Source: Minisyncoccia bacterium (lineage in GTDB: Bacteria > Patescibacteriota > Minisyncoccia > Phycocordibacterales > UBA918). Taken from it: a stretch of 64,000 nt of DNA. A model generated the notes under the pieces. That model saw only the letters and a list, made by a program, of their open reading frames with translations. It was not told the DNA's origin and searched no databases. The DNA lies in contig JBKJIT010000004.1 in the NCBI GenBank assembly GCA_046598345.1, positions 2,499 to 66,498 on the forward strand. The letters run 5' to 3'. The translations under genes were made by a program, and so were the position numbers. Position 1 is the first letter of the stretch, and the number at the start of each line of letters is the position of its first letter. Shown piece by piece: positions 29,965 through 40,163 of this stretch.

Positions 29965-31203
29965 TTATTGAACACTTTTTACGAGCACCTCAAGTGATCC
30001 ACTCTGTTCAGTTCCATCTGCAAGTCGTTTCAGCGTGTATTTTTTTGTCGTGTGTTCGGTTTCGCCGAGTACGAGTACATAGGTTGAGCCGTTCTCACCC
30101 GCGCTGCTAATTTTCTTTCCAAGCTTTCTTTCGCCAAAGTCGACAGATGCGGAGACACCAGCTGTCCGAAATTCCTGAGCAATTCTTTCTCCTTCGAGGC
30201 TGTATACAGATTCCATTGGAATCACCACAACCGTTGGCGCAGTAGTTTTTACGCGACCATCAAGGAGTCCGTGTGTTTCGAGAAAATCACGCATGGTTAC
30301 GTCTCCCATTCCAAATCCAATACCAGAAACCGGATCCTCACTAAAGAGCGACGTGAGGTTATCGTAGCGTCCTCCGCCAATCAGTGAACGTGTGTTCTCT
30401 TTGTCAGTATCAAAAAGCTCAAACACCGTTCCGGTGTAGTAATTGAAACCGCGAACGATCGATGTGTCGTAGATGGTGTTCGTAATCCCTAGTGTACGAA
30501 GTCCTTCACGTATCGCCACAATTTCCTCAGGTTCGGTTTCAGGGAGTACAAACTCTGGTCCTGCAATCACTTTGAGCTTTGCTGTAAACTCTTCTGCAGG
30601 CATTTTCTTTTTTCGATCGATGAGTGCATTCGTATCACGAATTTGTTCAGAGGTGAGTCCGTGCGCTGCATAGACTGCATTTTGCACCTTTCGGCTATTT
30701 ATATGAATTACAAAATCATCTGTGTGTGCGCCAAACTCGGTGAGAACATGATAGGCAAGTGAGATCATCTCAACATCAGCTGCTACGGAATCAATACCAA
30801 AGAGATCACAGTTTAGTTGCCAGTGTTCACGGAGTCTGCCACGCTGAGGGCGTTCATATCTAAAAAGGTTTGGAATTGAATACCAGCGTACCGGGAACGA
30901 AAGATCACGGCGTTTCGAAGCGATCATACGCGCGACGGTGGGGGTCATTTCAGGTCGCAATGTCACTTCTCGTTCGCCACGATCAATAAAGGTATATGTC
31001 TGTTCATTTACGAGTTCAGCATTTTCAGCACCCTTACTCCGATACAACTCAGAAGGTTCAAGTACGGAAGCATCATAGCGCTCATAGCCAAACGACTCAG
31101 CAGTCTTTGCCCATGTATCAAAAATATAGCGTTGTATTGCCGCATCACGTGGGTAAAAATCCCGCGTGCCTTTATAGGGTTCCGTCCCTAATTTTTTCTC
31201 CAT
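29965..31203 (-). CDS. hisS: Histidyl-tRNA synthetase
   Basis: GTRDFYP, LRPEMT, RYERPQRGRLREHWQ, VRGFNYYTG, GGGRYD. Confidence 0.97.
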   Translation of the reverse strand: MEKKLGTEPYKGTRDFYPRDAAIQRYIFDTWAKTAESFGYERYDASVLEPSELYRSKGAENAELVNEQTYTFIDRGEREVTLRPEMTPTVARMIASKRRDLSFPVRWYSIPNLFRYERPQRGRLREHWQLNCDLFGIDSVAADVEMISLAYHVLTEFGAHTDDFVIHINSRKVQNAVYAAHGLTSEQIRDTNALIDRKKKMPAEEFTAKLKVIAGPEFVLPETEPEEIVAIREGLRTLGITNTIYDTSIVRGFNYYTGTVFELFDTDKENTRSLIGGGRYDNLTSLFSEDPVSGIGFGMGDVTMRDFLETHGLLDGRVKTTAPTVVVIPMESVYSLEGERIAQEFRTAGVSASVDFGERKLGKKISSAGENGSTYVLVLGETEHTTKKYTLKRLADGTEQSGSLEVLVKSVQ

Positions 31204-31261
31204 ACTATGAGCTAGATTGTACGTGAGACGCTTCGTGCTTACAAGCTATGAAGGAGCGTAA

Positions 31262-31828
31262 TTAGACTTCCATTTGTCGTTCACGATGCACGACAACATT
31301 CGCCATCACTGAGTCTGAAGCCTTCAATATAAGTGCTTTGAGTTCACGAGGCTGTGGGAGGCCAGATACTTTAAAGTCCCAGTTTTCTGTTCCTGCGGTC
31401 TGTGCTTTGAGAGATCCAAAATCGAGGAAGGTAGCGATGATACCAATGATTTCAACATTGAGGTCTTGAAGACGTTCGAGTCTGAAACTTGAAATGCTGC
31501 GGTTAAAAAGCCCGCGTTGGTCAATCGCGATAATTCGCTTGTTTGTCAGAATCCACAGATCGAGATAATAATTCGTCCAAATATTAAACAACACCATCCA
31601 GAGAATAAGGAGCCACGTTGCAGTGAGTGCTGTTGCAAGTGCGCCATTAATTTCGGGAAGTGTGCCTTCGAAGCTTGAACCAATGTATGCAATGAGTGGA
31701 AAAAGTACGAGTGGCATGAGCCCTGCAATAAAAATTCCAAACACTTTTGAGGCAAGAATGAACCAGTGCTTCCGCACTTTTGTCAGTATTGTTTCGTCAG
31801 GCTCCAATTGTATTTTTTCCATTAACAT
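31262..31828 (-). CDS. Membrane protein with bacterial PH domain
   Basis: RKHW, 2 TM, WILTNKRII...GLF...QTAG. Confidence 0.8.
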   Translation of the reverse strand: MLMEKIQLEPDETILTKVRKHWFILASKVFGIFIAGLMPLVLFPLIAYIGSSFEGTLPEINGALATALTATWLLILWMVLFNIWTNYYLDLWILTNKRIIAIDQRGLFNRSISSFRLERLQDLNVEIIGIIATFLDFGSLKAQTAGTENWDFKVSGLPQPRELKALILKASDSVMANVVVHRERQMEV

Positions 31829-31830
31829 AC

Positions 31831-32055
31831 CTAGACAAAATAGAGTGTACTAGCAATTGTAATAAGTAACGCAGCGCCACCCATGAGAAATACAGCGAGA
31901 GCTGTTACTGCTACCTTCTTATCCTCACCATAATTGATCCAGTGAAAACCAAGAAAGAGTGCTTGGATGACAAAAACAAGTGCGAGGACATAAAAAATCC
32001 CTTGAATGCCCATACCGATCATGTCAGAAAGTGGGAGTGCCTGCATGATTCTCAT
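31831..32055 (-). CDS. Small 2-TM hypothetical protein
   Basis: Operonic position between prmC and the PH-domain gene; FHWINYG. Confidence 0.65.
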   Translation of the reverse strand: MRIMQALPLSDMIGMGIQGIFYVLALVFVIQALFLGFHWINYGEDKKVAVTALAVFLMGGAALLITIASTLYFV

Positions 32056-32819
32056 TGTGACACGGCTTTTCCCTCCGTGCGAGTAAGGCGTGTGTATCGG
32101 GGCGTCTCGTATTGGTCATTCAACGTTTGAGCGATAAAGCCAGTTTTCTTTGCAAGAGCAAGAATAAGTCGCACCTGCTCAGGTTCATGTTCTATATATA
32201 GGACTCCAGTGGGTGTGAGGTGAGCACTTGCGCCTACTATAATCTTTTTTATAAGTGACATGCCATCCTTGCCGCCATAGAGGGCGATGTGTGGCTCAAA
32301 TGCACGAACACTTTGTTCTGTTCGATCAGTCGCCGGATCGATGTAGGGCGGATTTGAAAGTATTACATCATAGGAACCACTGACCTCCGTAAACAAATCA
32401 CTCACGATATAGTGAGCGCGATCTCCGGCAATTCCGTTTTCTCGCACGTTTTTTTGAATCGTAGGAATATGACGTACCTCGCTTTCTACAAAATCCACGT
32501 GCGCCCTAGGGCACGCTGCGAGTACTGCAACTCCAATGCAGCCGGATCCCGCGCATAGATCAAGGACGCGAAGGGGTCGCGACTCGGATTTCATATCTCC
32601 GAGCACTCTTTCTACCCAAAACTCCGTTTCTGCCCGTGGAATAAGGGGGTGGGAATCGAGGTAAATTTTGGTATGAAGAAATGGCACGTGCCCAATCACG
32701 TATGCAAGCGGCTCTCCTTGTTTCAGCCGTTGCAAATCAAGTGCGAATGCTTTTTCATTTTCCTCTGTGAGGCGGCCCCCATACTTTTCCTCACAGAGCC
32801 AGAGGGCTTCCTTACTCAT
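32052..32819 (-). CDS. prmC: Release factor glutamine methyltransferase
   Basis: GEPLAYVIG, LIPRAETE, LDLCAGSG, SNPPY. Confidence 0.93.
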   Translation of the reverse strand: MSKEALWLCEEKYGGRLTEENEKAFALDLQRLKQGEPLAYVIGHVPFLHTKIYLDSHPLIPRAETEFWVERVLGDMKSESRPLRVLDLCAGSGCIGVAVLAACPRAHVDFVESEVRHIPTIQKNVRENGIAGDRAHYIVSDLFTEVSGSYDVILSNPPYIDPATDRTEQSVRAFEPHIALYGGKDGMSLIKKIIVGASAHLTPTGVLYIEHEPEQVRLILALAKKTGFIAQTLNDQYETPRYTRLTRTEGKAVSQ

Positions 32820-32868
32820 AGTAGTGCGACTATACGATGGATTCTCATTTTATGCTATGCTCATCCTC

Positions 32869-33612
32869 ATGAACACGACTGACAACATGCTCGTTATCGA
32901 TCATTTGACCAAAAAATATGACGACAAGGTCGCGGTCGATGACCTGTCTCTCACTATTAAACGAGGGATGTTTTTTGGGCTTTTGGGTCCAAACGGAGCG
33001 GGGAAGTCAACGACTATTAAATGCATCACGGGAATTGGAAGAATCACCTCAGGAAAAATCCTGGTAGATGGACTTGATGTTGAAAAGGATTACAAGGAGG
33101 CGAGGGGCAAAGTAGGGCTTTCACCACAAGATTTCAATGTGGATTTTTTTGGCACCTGTGAGAAAAATCTTGATTACATGGCGGGCTACTATGGTATTCC
33201 AAAGGCAATACGTGAGAAACGTACCAACGAACTCCTCAAACGATTTGATCTCGAAGAACATCGACACAAATCATTCGATAAACTTTCAGGTGGTCTGAAG
33301 CGACGTCTCGTATTGGCACGTGCACTGGTGAATGAGCCAGTACTTCTTATTCTTGATGAGCCAACAGCGGGTATTGATGTTGAGCAACGCCATGCACTGT
33401 GGGGCTATTTGCAAGAATTGAATGCAGCGGGGACGACGATCATTCTCACGTCACACTATCTCGAAGAGGTAGAACATCTCTGTAGCGATATTGCGATTAT
33501 CAATCATGGAAAGATTGTTGCAGAGGGGACAAAGGAAGAATTTATTAAAGACGGTTCTTCACTTGAGGAAAAATATCTTGAGATAACTAAGACGTCAGCA
33601 ACACCGGTATGA
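32869..33612 (+). CDS. ABC transporter ATP-binding protein
   Basis: GPNGAGKST, LSGG, LDEP, H-loop. Confidence 0.95.
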   Translation: MNTTDNMLVIDHLTKKYDDKVAVDDLSLTIKRGMFFGLLGPNGAGKSTTIKCITGIGRITSGKILVDGLDVEKDYKEARGKVGLSPQDFNVDFFGTCEKNLDYMAGYYGIPKAIREKRTNELLKRFDLEEHRHKSFDKLSGGLKRRLVLARALVNEPVLLILDEPTAGIDVEQRHALWGYLQELNAAGTTIILTSHYLEEVEHLCSDIAIINHGKIVAEGTKEEFIKDGSSLEEKYLEITKTSATPV

Positions 33613-34379
33613 AACACATAAATTGGATAGGCCTATACACCATGGTCCGACGTGAAGTCGAGCGTACGATGCGTGTGAAAGTGCAAACGCTTGTATCCCC
33701 GGTTATGTCGGCAGCCTTGTATATCTTTATTTTCGGTCAAGTCATCGGAACAAAAATTGAGGATATTATTGGCGTACCATACATCACCTTTGTGTTTCCT
33801 GGTATTCTCATGCTCTCCGTTATCAATGCAGCCTTTGCATCGAGTTCAAGTTCGCTCTACTTTGCGCGTTTCATTCACTCTGTAGACGAGCTTCTTGTTG
33901 CTCCGTTCTCATACCTTGAAATGGTCTTTGGGTTTATGTTTGGCGCAATGATGCGGGGTGTAATGGTTGCTATTCTGATTATTCTCGTAGGGCTTGCCTT
34001 TGGCGCAGTGTCGCTCGCTAACCCATTCGCATTCTTCTTCTACATCATCGCCATATCAGGCATTTTCTCCGCGCTCGGCATGCTCGTCGCGCTCTGGGCA
34101 CAGGGATTTGAACAGCTCTCGTCCCTCAACACCTTTGTGATTACGCCGCTCACATACTTGGGAGGAATTTTTTATTCGATCACGATGCTCCCTGCATTTG
34201 CCGAGACACTCACTAAACTCAATCCGTTCTTCTATTTTGTTGATGGTATTAGAAGTTCAATGATTGGTGTGAGTGAGGCGAATACAACTTTTGGACTTTT
34301 CCTTATATTGGCACTTTTCGTAGGACTCACGACGCTCATTGTGCACCTTTTCTATATTGGGTGGCGCATTCGATCGTAA
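33609..34379 (+). CDS. ABC-2 type permease (YadH-like)
   Basis: 6 TM, FVFPG, LGGIFYS, NPFFY; ATGA overlap with the ATPase. Confidence 0.92.
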   Translation: MKHINWIGLYTMVRREVERTMRVKVQTLVSPVMSAALYIFIFGQVIGTKIEDIIGVPYITFVFPGILMLSVINAAFASSSSSLYFARFIHSVDELLVAPFSYLEMVFGFMFGAMMRGVMVAILIILVGLAFGAVSLANPFAFFFYIIAISGIFSALGMLVALWAQGFEQLSSLNTFVITPLTYLGGIFYSITMLPAFAETLTKLNPFFYFVDGIRSSMIGVSEANTTFGLFLILALFVGLTTLIVHLFYIGWRIRS

Positions 34380-34491
34380 TCTTCTCAAGGTTAGTCACAG
34401 ATTTCTTTTTACAAGGAGTGCCATGTTCTGTCATTATGATAATGAAGGCACAGTTCATTGATTTTTCTGTTCACACTCAAGGGAGGTCAAG

Positions 34492-35043
34492 ATGGTCTAT
34501 CTAGCGTTGGTTTTGTCGCTTCTTTCAGCTACGAGTCTGGTGTGGGCCACAGTACCTACTCAGATGTTGTTCCCGCAAAACATTCGCAGTGATCTTGCGG
34601 CACATATGATGAGTACGGAAGAAAGGAGGCATCAGGAAGCTGTGGCACTCCGGGAGCTTTCCGCAGCGTTTGTGTGGGAAGCCGAGGCCCATGATAGTTA
34701 CGTGGTGCGACGTGGGCTTCTCACGGAGGCAATGATCGAAGCCAAAAAAGCACGAAACCTGATAAACCGCCTACCCAATCTAGAACGCGTGGAGCCCCGC
34801 CTCGTACGTGATATTGAGTGGATCGAGGACCAGGAACGGGAAGCTAAAATCAGGTTCCATCTCAATGAGTTTTGGGAGGTACTGAAAAAGTATGGAACAC
34901 AGAAGGCGCAGGTGCACATGGAAGACGCCAAGTGGATCATGCAGTTCGTGAAAACGGAACGGTCTCAGCGATTGCTTTCTGGAGTGATCGCGGAGAATGA
35001 AAAGGAAACGGAAGAATGGAGGAAGAACGGATGGGTGAAGTAA
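34492..35043 (+). CDS. Orphan secreted helical protein (SD-led unit)
   Basis: AAGGGAGGT SD, signal peptide, terminator 35045-35080. Confidence 0.7.
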   Translation: MVYLALVLSLLSATSLVWATVPTQMLFPQNIRSDLAAHMMSTEERRHQEAVALRELSAAFVWEAEAHDSYVVRRGLLTEAMIEAKKARNLINRLPNLERVEPRLVRDIEWIEDQEREAKIRFHLNEFWEVLKKYGTQKAQVHMEDAKWIMQFVKTERSQRLLSGVIAENEKETEEWRKNGWVK

Positions 35044-35133
35044 TAAAACCCGGAAGCGCTACGCCGCGCTTCCGGGTTTTAAAATGCACAAATCTTTTCA
35101 ATCTGGGTAATATCACATGCTACACTTATCCGT

Positions 35134-36159
35134 ATGCGCGACAACACTGACCTCTACACTATCGTCAAAGGTCTTATGCAATCCGGGAAGGGGATCTTGG
35201 CTGCTGATGAGAGTGATGCGACTGCAGGGAAACGACTTCAAATTGCAAACCTACCCAATCAGACAGGAAATCGTCAGGATTTTCGTGAGATTTTATTTAC
35301 CGCGCCTGGCATTGAGGAGTTTCTTTCAGGAGTTATTCTCTATGATTCTACGCTTCGTGAATCTACAGATCAGGGCGTGCCATTTGCGGACGTGCTTACT
35401 GCGCGAGGGATTATTCCTGGTATAAAAGTTGATCAGGGAACTGTTCCACTCCCAAACTTTCCTGGAGAAGTGGTGACGCAGGGGCTTGATAATCTATCGA
35501 TGCGCCTTCGTGAGTACTACGAACTCGGTGCGCGCTTTACGAAGTGGCGCGGTGTGATAACGATTGATGAAAGCATCCCGACTGACGAAGCGCTCAAACT
35601 CAATGCTGCGGTATTTGCACAGTATGCGCTCCTCGTACAGGAAATCGGCATGGTGCCGATTGTAGAACCTGAAGTTATTTTTTCAGGAAAGCATTCAATT
35701 CGTCGCGCTGAAGAAGTCACGACACGCACACTCCAAATTTTGTTTCATGCCCTGAATCAGTACCGAGTGGATCTTAAGGGACTTATTCTCAAATCGAGTA
35801 TGGTGCTCGCGGGCGACACGGCTACGCCACCGTCTTTGCCTGACGAGGTTGCGACTGCAACACTCCGCACGTTTCATTTAGGAGTACCGCGCGAAGTTGG
35901 AGGGATTGTATTTCTATCCGGTGGGCAAACCGCAAAGCGTGCGACAGAGAATCTGCAAGCAATTGCAAGTATGGGTGAACAACCCTGGCCCATTACATTT
36001 TCATACTCACGTGCAATTGAAGAACCATTTCTCGTTGCGTGGCAGGGGAAGCCAGAAAATATTCCACAAGCACAAAAAGTGCTGCTCCATCATGTACGAA
36101 TGAATGCGTTGGCTCAGCTCGGCAAATACGACCCGGCACGAGACAAAACCCAAAAGTAA
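35134..36159 (+). CDS. Fructose-bisphosphate aldolase class I (eukaryote-type family)
   Basis: GKGILAADES, PGIKVDQG, FTKWR, VPIVEPEV, FLSGGQ, TFSYSRA. Confidence 0.95.
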   Translation: MRDNTDLYTIVKGLMQSGKGILAADESDATAGKRLQIANLPNQTGNRQDFREILFTAPGIEEFLSGVILYDSTLRESTDQGVPFADVLTARGIIPGIKVDQGTVPLPNFPGEVVTQGLDNLSMRLREYYELGARFTKWRGVITIDESIPTDEALKLNAAVFAQYALLVQEIGMVPIVEPEVIFSGKHSIRRAEEVTTRTLQILFHALNQYRVDLKGLILKSSMVLAGDTATPPSLPDEVATATLRTFHLGVPREVGGIVFLSGGQTAKRATENLQAIASMGEQPWPITFSYSRAIEEPFLVAWQGKPENIPQAQKVLLHHVRMNALAQLGKYDPARDKTQK

Positions 36160-36279
36160 TACACGCAAAAATACACTACCTCCTTTGTCGCCTTCGTCAT
36201 TCAAACAGTCACCATATTTGTATATGGCTCCTGTTTTCATTCCTCGGCTTCGCGGATCTTGTGTATTTTTGCGTGTGTT
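36158..36279. repeat. Rod-shaped imperfect inverted repeat, copy 3
   Basis: 16-bp perfect IR ACACGCAAAAATACAC/GTGTATTTTTGCGTGT; apex TCACC-ATAT-ttgt-ATAT-GGCTC. Confidence 0.8.
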
Positions 36280-36306
36280 TTCTCGTGGATCTGAAGTGGT
36301 GAATTT

Positions 36307-36343
36307 AAAACAAAAACCCCGCACTTCGTGCGGGGTTTTTGTT
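36307..36343. terminator. Bidirectional terminator
   Basis: AACAAAAACCCCGCAC-TTC-GTGCGGGGTTTTTGTT. Confidence 0.8.
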
Positions 36344-36515
36344 ACTTCTTTTCTTTGTAAATTGTGTGCTTTTGCGCGACTGGGTTGAATTTCTTGAATT
36401 CAAACTTCTTGTCTGCATGCTTTCGCTTGTTCTTCCGAGTGTAATAGACATGCCCCTTACCAACGCCCTTAGCGTCGCCCACGGAGACTAGTCGTATGAG
36501 GTTGTTTTGTGACAT
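36342..36515 (-). CDS. rpmG: 50S ribosomal protein L33 (Cys-free form; missed by the ORF track)
   Basis: [57 protein letters not shown]. Confidence 0.92.
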   Translation of the reverse strand: MSQNNLIRLVSVGDAKGVGKGHVYYTRKNKRKHADKKFEFKKFNPVAQKHTIYKEKK

Positions 36516-36561
36516 AACGGGGAGATAGTACCAGAAATGTGAGCTTGGGTCAATTGGCTCT

Positions 36562-37377
36562 CTAACGGTACTTTTTAGCCCAAAAACCCCAGAATCTTGT
36601 CACAGGAACGTACTTTCCAACGGTTGTCCTATGGATGGAATACGCTAGCGCGCACGTCCCCAGATCTTTAGCTATCTCTTCTGCAAGTGTACGCATGTAC
36701 GTTCCAGATGATGCGATACAAGTCATGCGTGCCAGCTGGAAATGAAGCGGTGTTGCCCTAGATTCTAAAAATGCCTTCCAATCTGCGCGAACATCCTTAC
36801 GGCGGAAATCGTTACCCAGCTCTTTCGAAGCCTCAGTTACCTTTGGAATGGTTTCAATTTTTTCTGACGCTGTACGGTAGACTTCTTCTTTTGAAATCGT
36901 GCGGATGTTAACTACATGCAGTTTGTAAATCCGAGAGGTTTTTGTTGGGATCGTAATTTCATTCAGTCGATTCTCGAGTGTCCACACATGGAGTGGTTTT
37001 CCGTGCACGGTCTTTGATGAGAAGTGTGGGTAGGGAAGGGTGATAGTGCCCACGAGATTTCGTACTGTACTTCCGAGTTCGTTTTCAGTCATCTTTCTCG
37101 CTTCGCAAAAGTCGAGACGCCCTAAAACATCCCCCGTATCAGAATGTACTCCAAAGAGAATTTCAATCTGGTACTCCTTATCGAGTTCGTGATATTTTTC
37201 CTGCACTTTGCATTCGTCTCCTATTAAGACGAGGAGTGTACCCGAAGCCATTGGGTCAAGTCTCCCCGCATAGGCTAGAGGTACATCGTTTGTAACATTC
37301 TCTGTTTGCCTAAAGCGTTCGAGCGCTTGGAGGGGTGTTTCCCCGACACTTTTTTCTATAGTACCAAATCGTTCCAT
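36562..37377 (-). CDS. truB: TruB-like pseudouridine synthase (no PUA domain)
   Basis: [25 protein letters not shown]. Confidence 0.8.
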   Translation of the reverse strand: MERFGTIEKSVGETPLQALERFRQTENVTNDVPLAYAGRLDPMASGTLLVLIGDECKVQEKYHELDKEYQIEILFGVHSDTGDVLGRLDFCEARKMTENELGSTVRNLVGTITLPYPHFSSKTVHGKPLHVWTLENRLNEITIPTKTSRIYKLHVVNIRTISKEEVYRTASEKIETIPKVTEASKELGNDFRRKDVRADWKAFLESRATPLHFQLARMTCIASSGTYMRTLAEEIAKDLGTCALAYSIHRTTVGKYVPVTRFWGFWAKKYR

Positions 37378-37471
37378 ATACACACCTTACAGGTAATTTT
37401 AAAATTTAAAACGCCCGGCTGTCGTAATGACAGGCGGGCGTTCGATGGATCAAGGACTGCTTTAACTGATG

Positions 37472-37879
37472 CTACTTCAAGTGGCAGGGGACGATCCTCC
37501 ACCGCTCATCCAGGTGATCTCCACGATTGTTCTTCGATTCCCGTTGGAGTCGTGCTTTCCCCTTGAGGTGGATCTTAGCTAGCTGCATCGCCTCAGCGAT
37601 GGCCATAACCTGTGGCCATTTCGGCGAACCGCTGAATACCAGCACCGTGTAGTGCTCGCGTTTTTCGAAGTGGAAAGCTTGAGACGAGGGCAAATTAACC
37701 CTTTTCCATTCAGCATCCACAAGTTCCCGAATTACCGCTTTGCACTCGACCAAATCGACCGGTCGCCTCGCCTTCTTTGGAGCTGCAATAGGAGGGGGTT
37801 CCCCCATCGTCGCGCGTGCTCCAGCCGCTACCGAATTTCCGGCACCTTGTCCTGCGTTCTGTTTAGACTCAAAAGTCAT
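37472..37879 (-). CDS. Orphan protein (SD-led unit)
   Basis: TTGACA-16-TACAAT, AGGGGT SD, terminator at about 37405-37441. Confidence 0.65.
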   Translation of the reverse strand: MTFESKQNAGQGAGNSVAAGARATMGEPPPIAAPKKARRPVDLVECKAVIRELVDAEWKRVNLPSSQAFHFEKREHYTVLVFSGSPKWPQVMAIAEAMQLAKIHLKGKARLQRESKNNRGDHLDERWRIVPCHLK

Positions 37880-38049
37880 TATTCTACCCCTGTAAGACGG
37901 TTGTTTTCAAAAACTACGCATGGGTACTGCTACTTCCGTGTTTGATTGTACTACACAAGTGTACATTGTCAATCTATTACGTAGGATATTGAAAATAAAA
38001 AAGCCGCCGTCCTTAGAAAGCAACGGCAGCTTTCGTCAGGTCGGCGGCG

Positions 38050-38571
38050 TTACTTCACGCGGTTGTTATTTGGAGCAATGATGCCCTTGCCGTCGGGCAT
38101 CGACGAAATGACGATCTGCTTCGTAACTCCGGCGAAGGCGAGCACTGGCGCAGTGTAGGGAATCCCGCTTGAAAAAGCAAAATGCCCTTCGAGCTGGAGG
38201 AAGTCCCCAATGAACTGCCCCCCCGAGTTGAATACCGGCCGTGAGCCTGTAACAACCCAGACAAGAGATCCTTCGTCGATCTGCTGCGAGCCGGCATAGG
38301 AGCCGTCGCACTGATTTTGGAAGGACACCTCGGCGTAGTTCAGCCACTTTATGTGCGACACCAGCCTGGTCTCGCAGTACACCTGCTGTGGCACTTCCAC
38401 GCGGGTGCTGCCTTTCTTGGCCGACACTTTCGACATTTCCGGCGGCGTGGCCAGAATGTAGTCGCGAACGACGACTTCGCCGTTCTCGAACATCTTCACC
38501 TGCGCCGCGTCGGTTACGCCGACAAGCATGGTCATAAGTGCAAGGAAACCAAAGATCCAATTTTTCATCAC
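38050..38571 (-). CDS. Orphan secreted protein (SD-led unit)
   Basis: TTGACT-17-TATAAT, AGGGAG SD, signal peptide, terminator at about 37997-38033. Confidence 0.7.
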   Translation of the reverse strand: MMKNWIFGFLALMTMLVGVTDAAQVKMFENGEVVVRDYILATPPEMSKVSAKKGSTRVEVPQQVYCETRLVSHIKWLNYAEVSFQNQCDGSYAGSQQIDEGSLVWVVTGSRPVFNSGGQFIGDFLQLEGHFAFSSGIPYTAPVLAFAGVTKQIVISSMPDGKGIIAPNNNRVK

Positions 38572-38760
38572 TTCTCCCTGTGGAGGATGGGTAGGGCGGA
38601 ATGCACTACCTCTACTTTTATTATAGCATCAAATACATTTAAAGTCAAGTAGCGAAATGGAGTATTTTTCGTATTTATAGGGAGAGCTTATACAGGAACA
38701 TAATAGCAAAGTGTATCCATCGGCTTTAAAATGACATCTTATCCTTCATGTAAAGGTGGC

Positions 38761-38834
38761 CAGAAAATAATGAGCGTAGCGATTATGTTTTCTGAGTCCG
38801 TCGGAACGCGCTTCCAAAATGCCTCGTTCCGACG
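38761..38834. repeat. Two-hairpin intergenic element with GAGCGTAGCGA loop
   Basis: CAGAAAATAAT/ATTATGTTTTCTG and CGTCGGAACG/CGTTCCGACG stems. Confidence 0.5.
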
Positions 38835-38903
38835 CATCTGTCCTGCTTATGGTGTAATAATTTCTTACTGTAAGAGCTCAAAAATAATATCGTCCTTACT
38901 AGT

Positions 38904-40118
38904 ATGACTTCAACAACAATGACACATTTTCGAATTGGATTCCTTATAGCCATTTTTTTGACACTCGGTTTAGTAGTTCCAGGAGAGACTCACGCAGCTA
39001 CCAGCACCACTACCTTCGATGTCGGTGGATGGATTCCATATTGGCGTGATTCCGAAGGTATTAAAGATGCTCGAAAAAATATTAAAGATCTAGATACAGT
39101 ATTTCCATTCTCATACGTCATCACTTCAGATGGTGGCGTGAAGGATCTCGCGGATATGCAGAGTTCTGAGTGGAAGAGATTTGTAACATTTGCACAAGAG
39201 AAGAATGTAAAAGTAATTCCAACAATTATGACGAGTGATGGTGCACTTCTGCACACAATCCTAAGTAATGAAGAGCTTCGCAAAAAACATATTACTGCAA
39301 TCGTCGATATGGTGAAGAAGGGTAAGTATGACGGTGTCGACATTGACTATGAAGGGAAGAAGAAAGAAACGAAAGATTATTTTTCACTGTTTCTCAAAGA
39401 ACTAAATGCAAAGCTTGGAAAGAAAATCCTTACGTGTACGATTGAAGCGCGCACACCGCCCGAGTCGTTGTACCGAGAAGTGCCCACTGTCATTAATTAC
39501 GCAAATGATTTCAAAGCGATTGCAAAGTATTGTGATCGAGTGGAAATCATGGCGTATGATCAACAGCGCGCTGATATCAAGTTAAATGATGCCCGGAAAG
39601 GCACGCCGTACGTTCCAGTCGCAGATCCTGATTGGGTAGAGAAGGTAATTAAGCTTGCGCTCAAGGACATTCCGAAGGAAAAAATTGTACTTGGGGTCCC
39701 GACCTATGGACGACTCTGGCTCGTGACTGCAGCTCCTGAATGGTATCAAAGTTATCAGGTTGTGGGCGCAGTAAATATGCCAGCCATCGAAAAGATCGCT
39801 AAGCAGTACAACGCAACCTCAAGTCGCAATAGTGCAGGTGAACTCAGTTTTACGTATGCTCCCACTACTACGATGTTTGCAATTCCCAGTTCTATAAAAG
39901 CGCCGAAGGGAACTGAGCCCGGCAACATTGCTGCAGCACGTGCGCTCGCATACGCCACAAAGACAGGGAAGAACATAGTTTTTTATCTCGCCTGGTACAG
40001 CGATGCGCACGCAATTGAAGATAAAATAGATCTTGCGAAGGAGTATGGGTTAAAGGGTATTGCGCTCTTTAAGATTGATGGGGAGGAGGATAAAAGGATC
40101 TGGTCTATCATCAAATAG
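38904..40118 (+). CDS. Secreted glycoside hydrolase family 18
   Basis: Signal peptide; DGVDIDYE (DxDxE) catalytic motif; IMAYD; LGVPTYG. Confidence 0.9.
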   Translation: MTSTTMTHFRIGFLIAIFLTLGLVVPGETHAATSTTTFDVGGWIPYWRDSEGIKDARKNIKDLDTVFPFSYVITSDGGVKDLADMQSSEWKRFVTFAQEKNVKVIPTIMTSDGALLHTILSNEELRKKHITAIVDMVKKGKYDGVDIDYEGKKKETKDYFSLFLKELNAKLGKKILTCTIEARTPPESLYREVPTVINYANDFKAIAKYCDRVEIMAYDQQRADIKLNDARKGTPYVPVADPDWVEKVIKLALKDIPKEKIVLGVPTYGRLWLVTAAPEWYQSYQVVGAVNMPAIEKIAKQYNATSSRNSAGELSFTYAPTTTMFAIPSSIKAPKGTEPGNIAAARALAYATKTGKNIVFYLAWYSDAHAIEDKIDLAKEYGLKGIALFKIDGEEDKRIWSIIK

Positions 40119-40163
40119 AATCTCGCTCCATGTTTCAGTGTACCTAAGAGCGAATAATTCTAT

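Noticed and set aside
9841-36279. Rod elements or cassette hairpins as integron attC sites
   Set aside because: No consistent RYYYAAC...GTTRRRY ends, the rods follow core genes, and no integrase is in the window.
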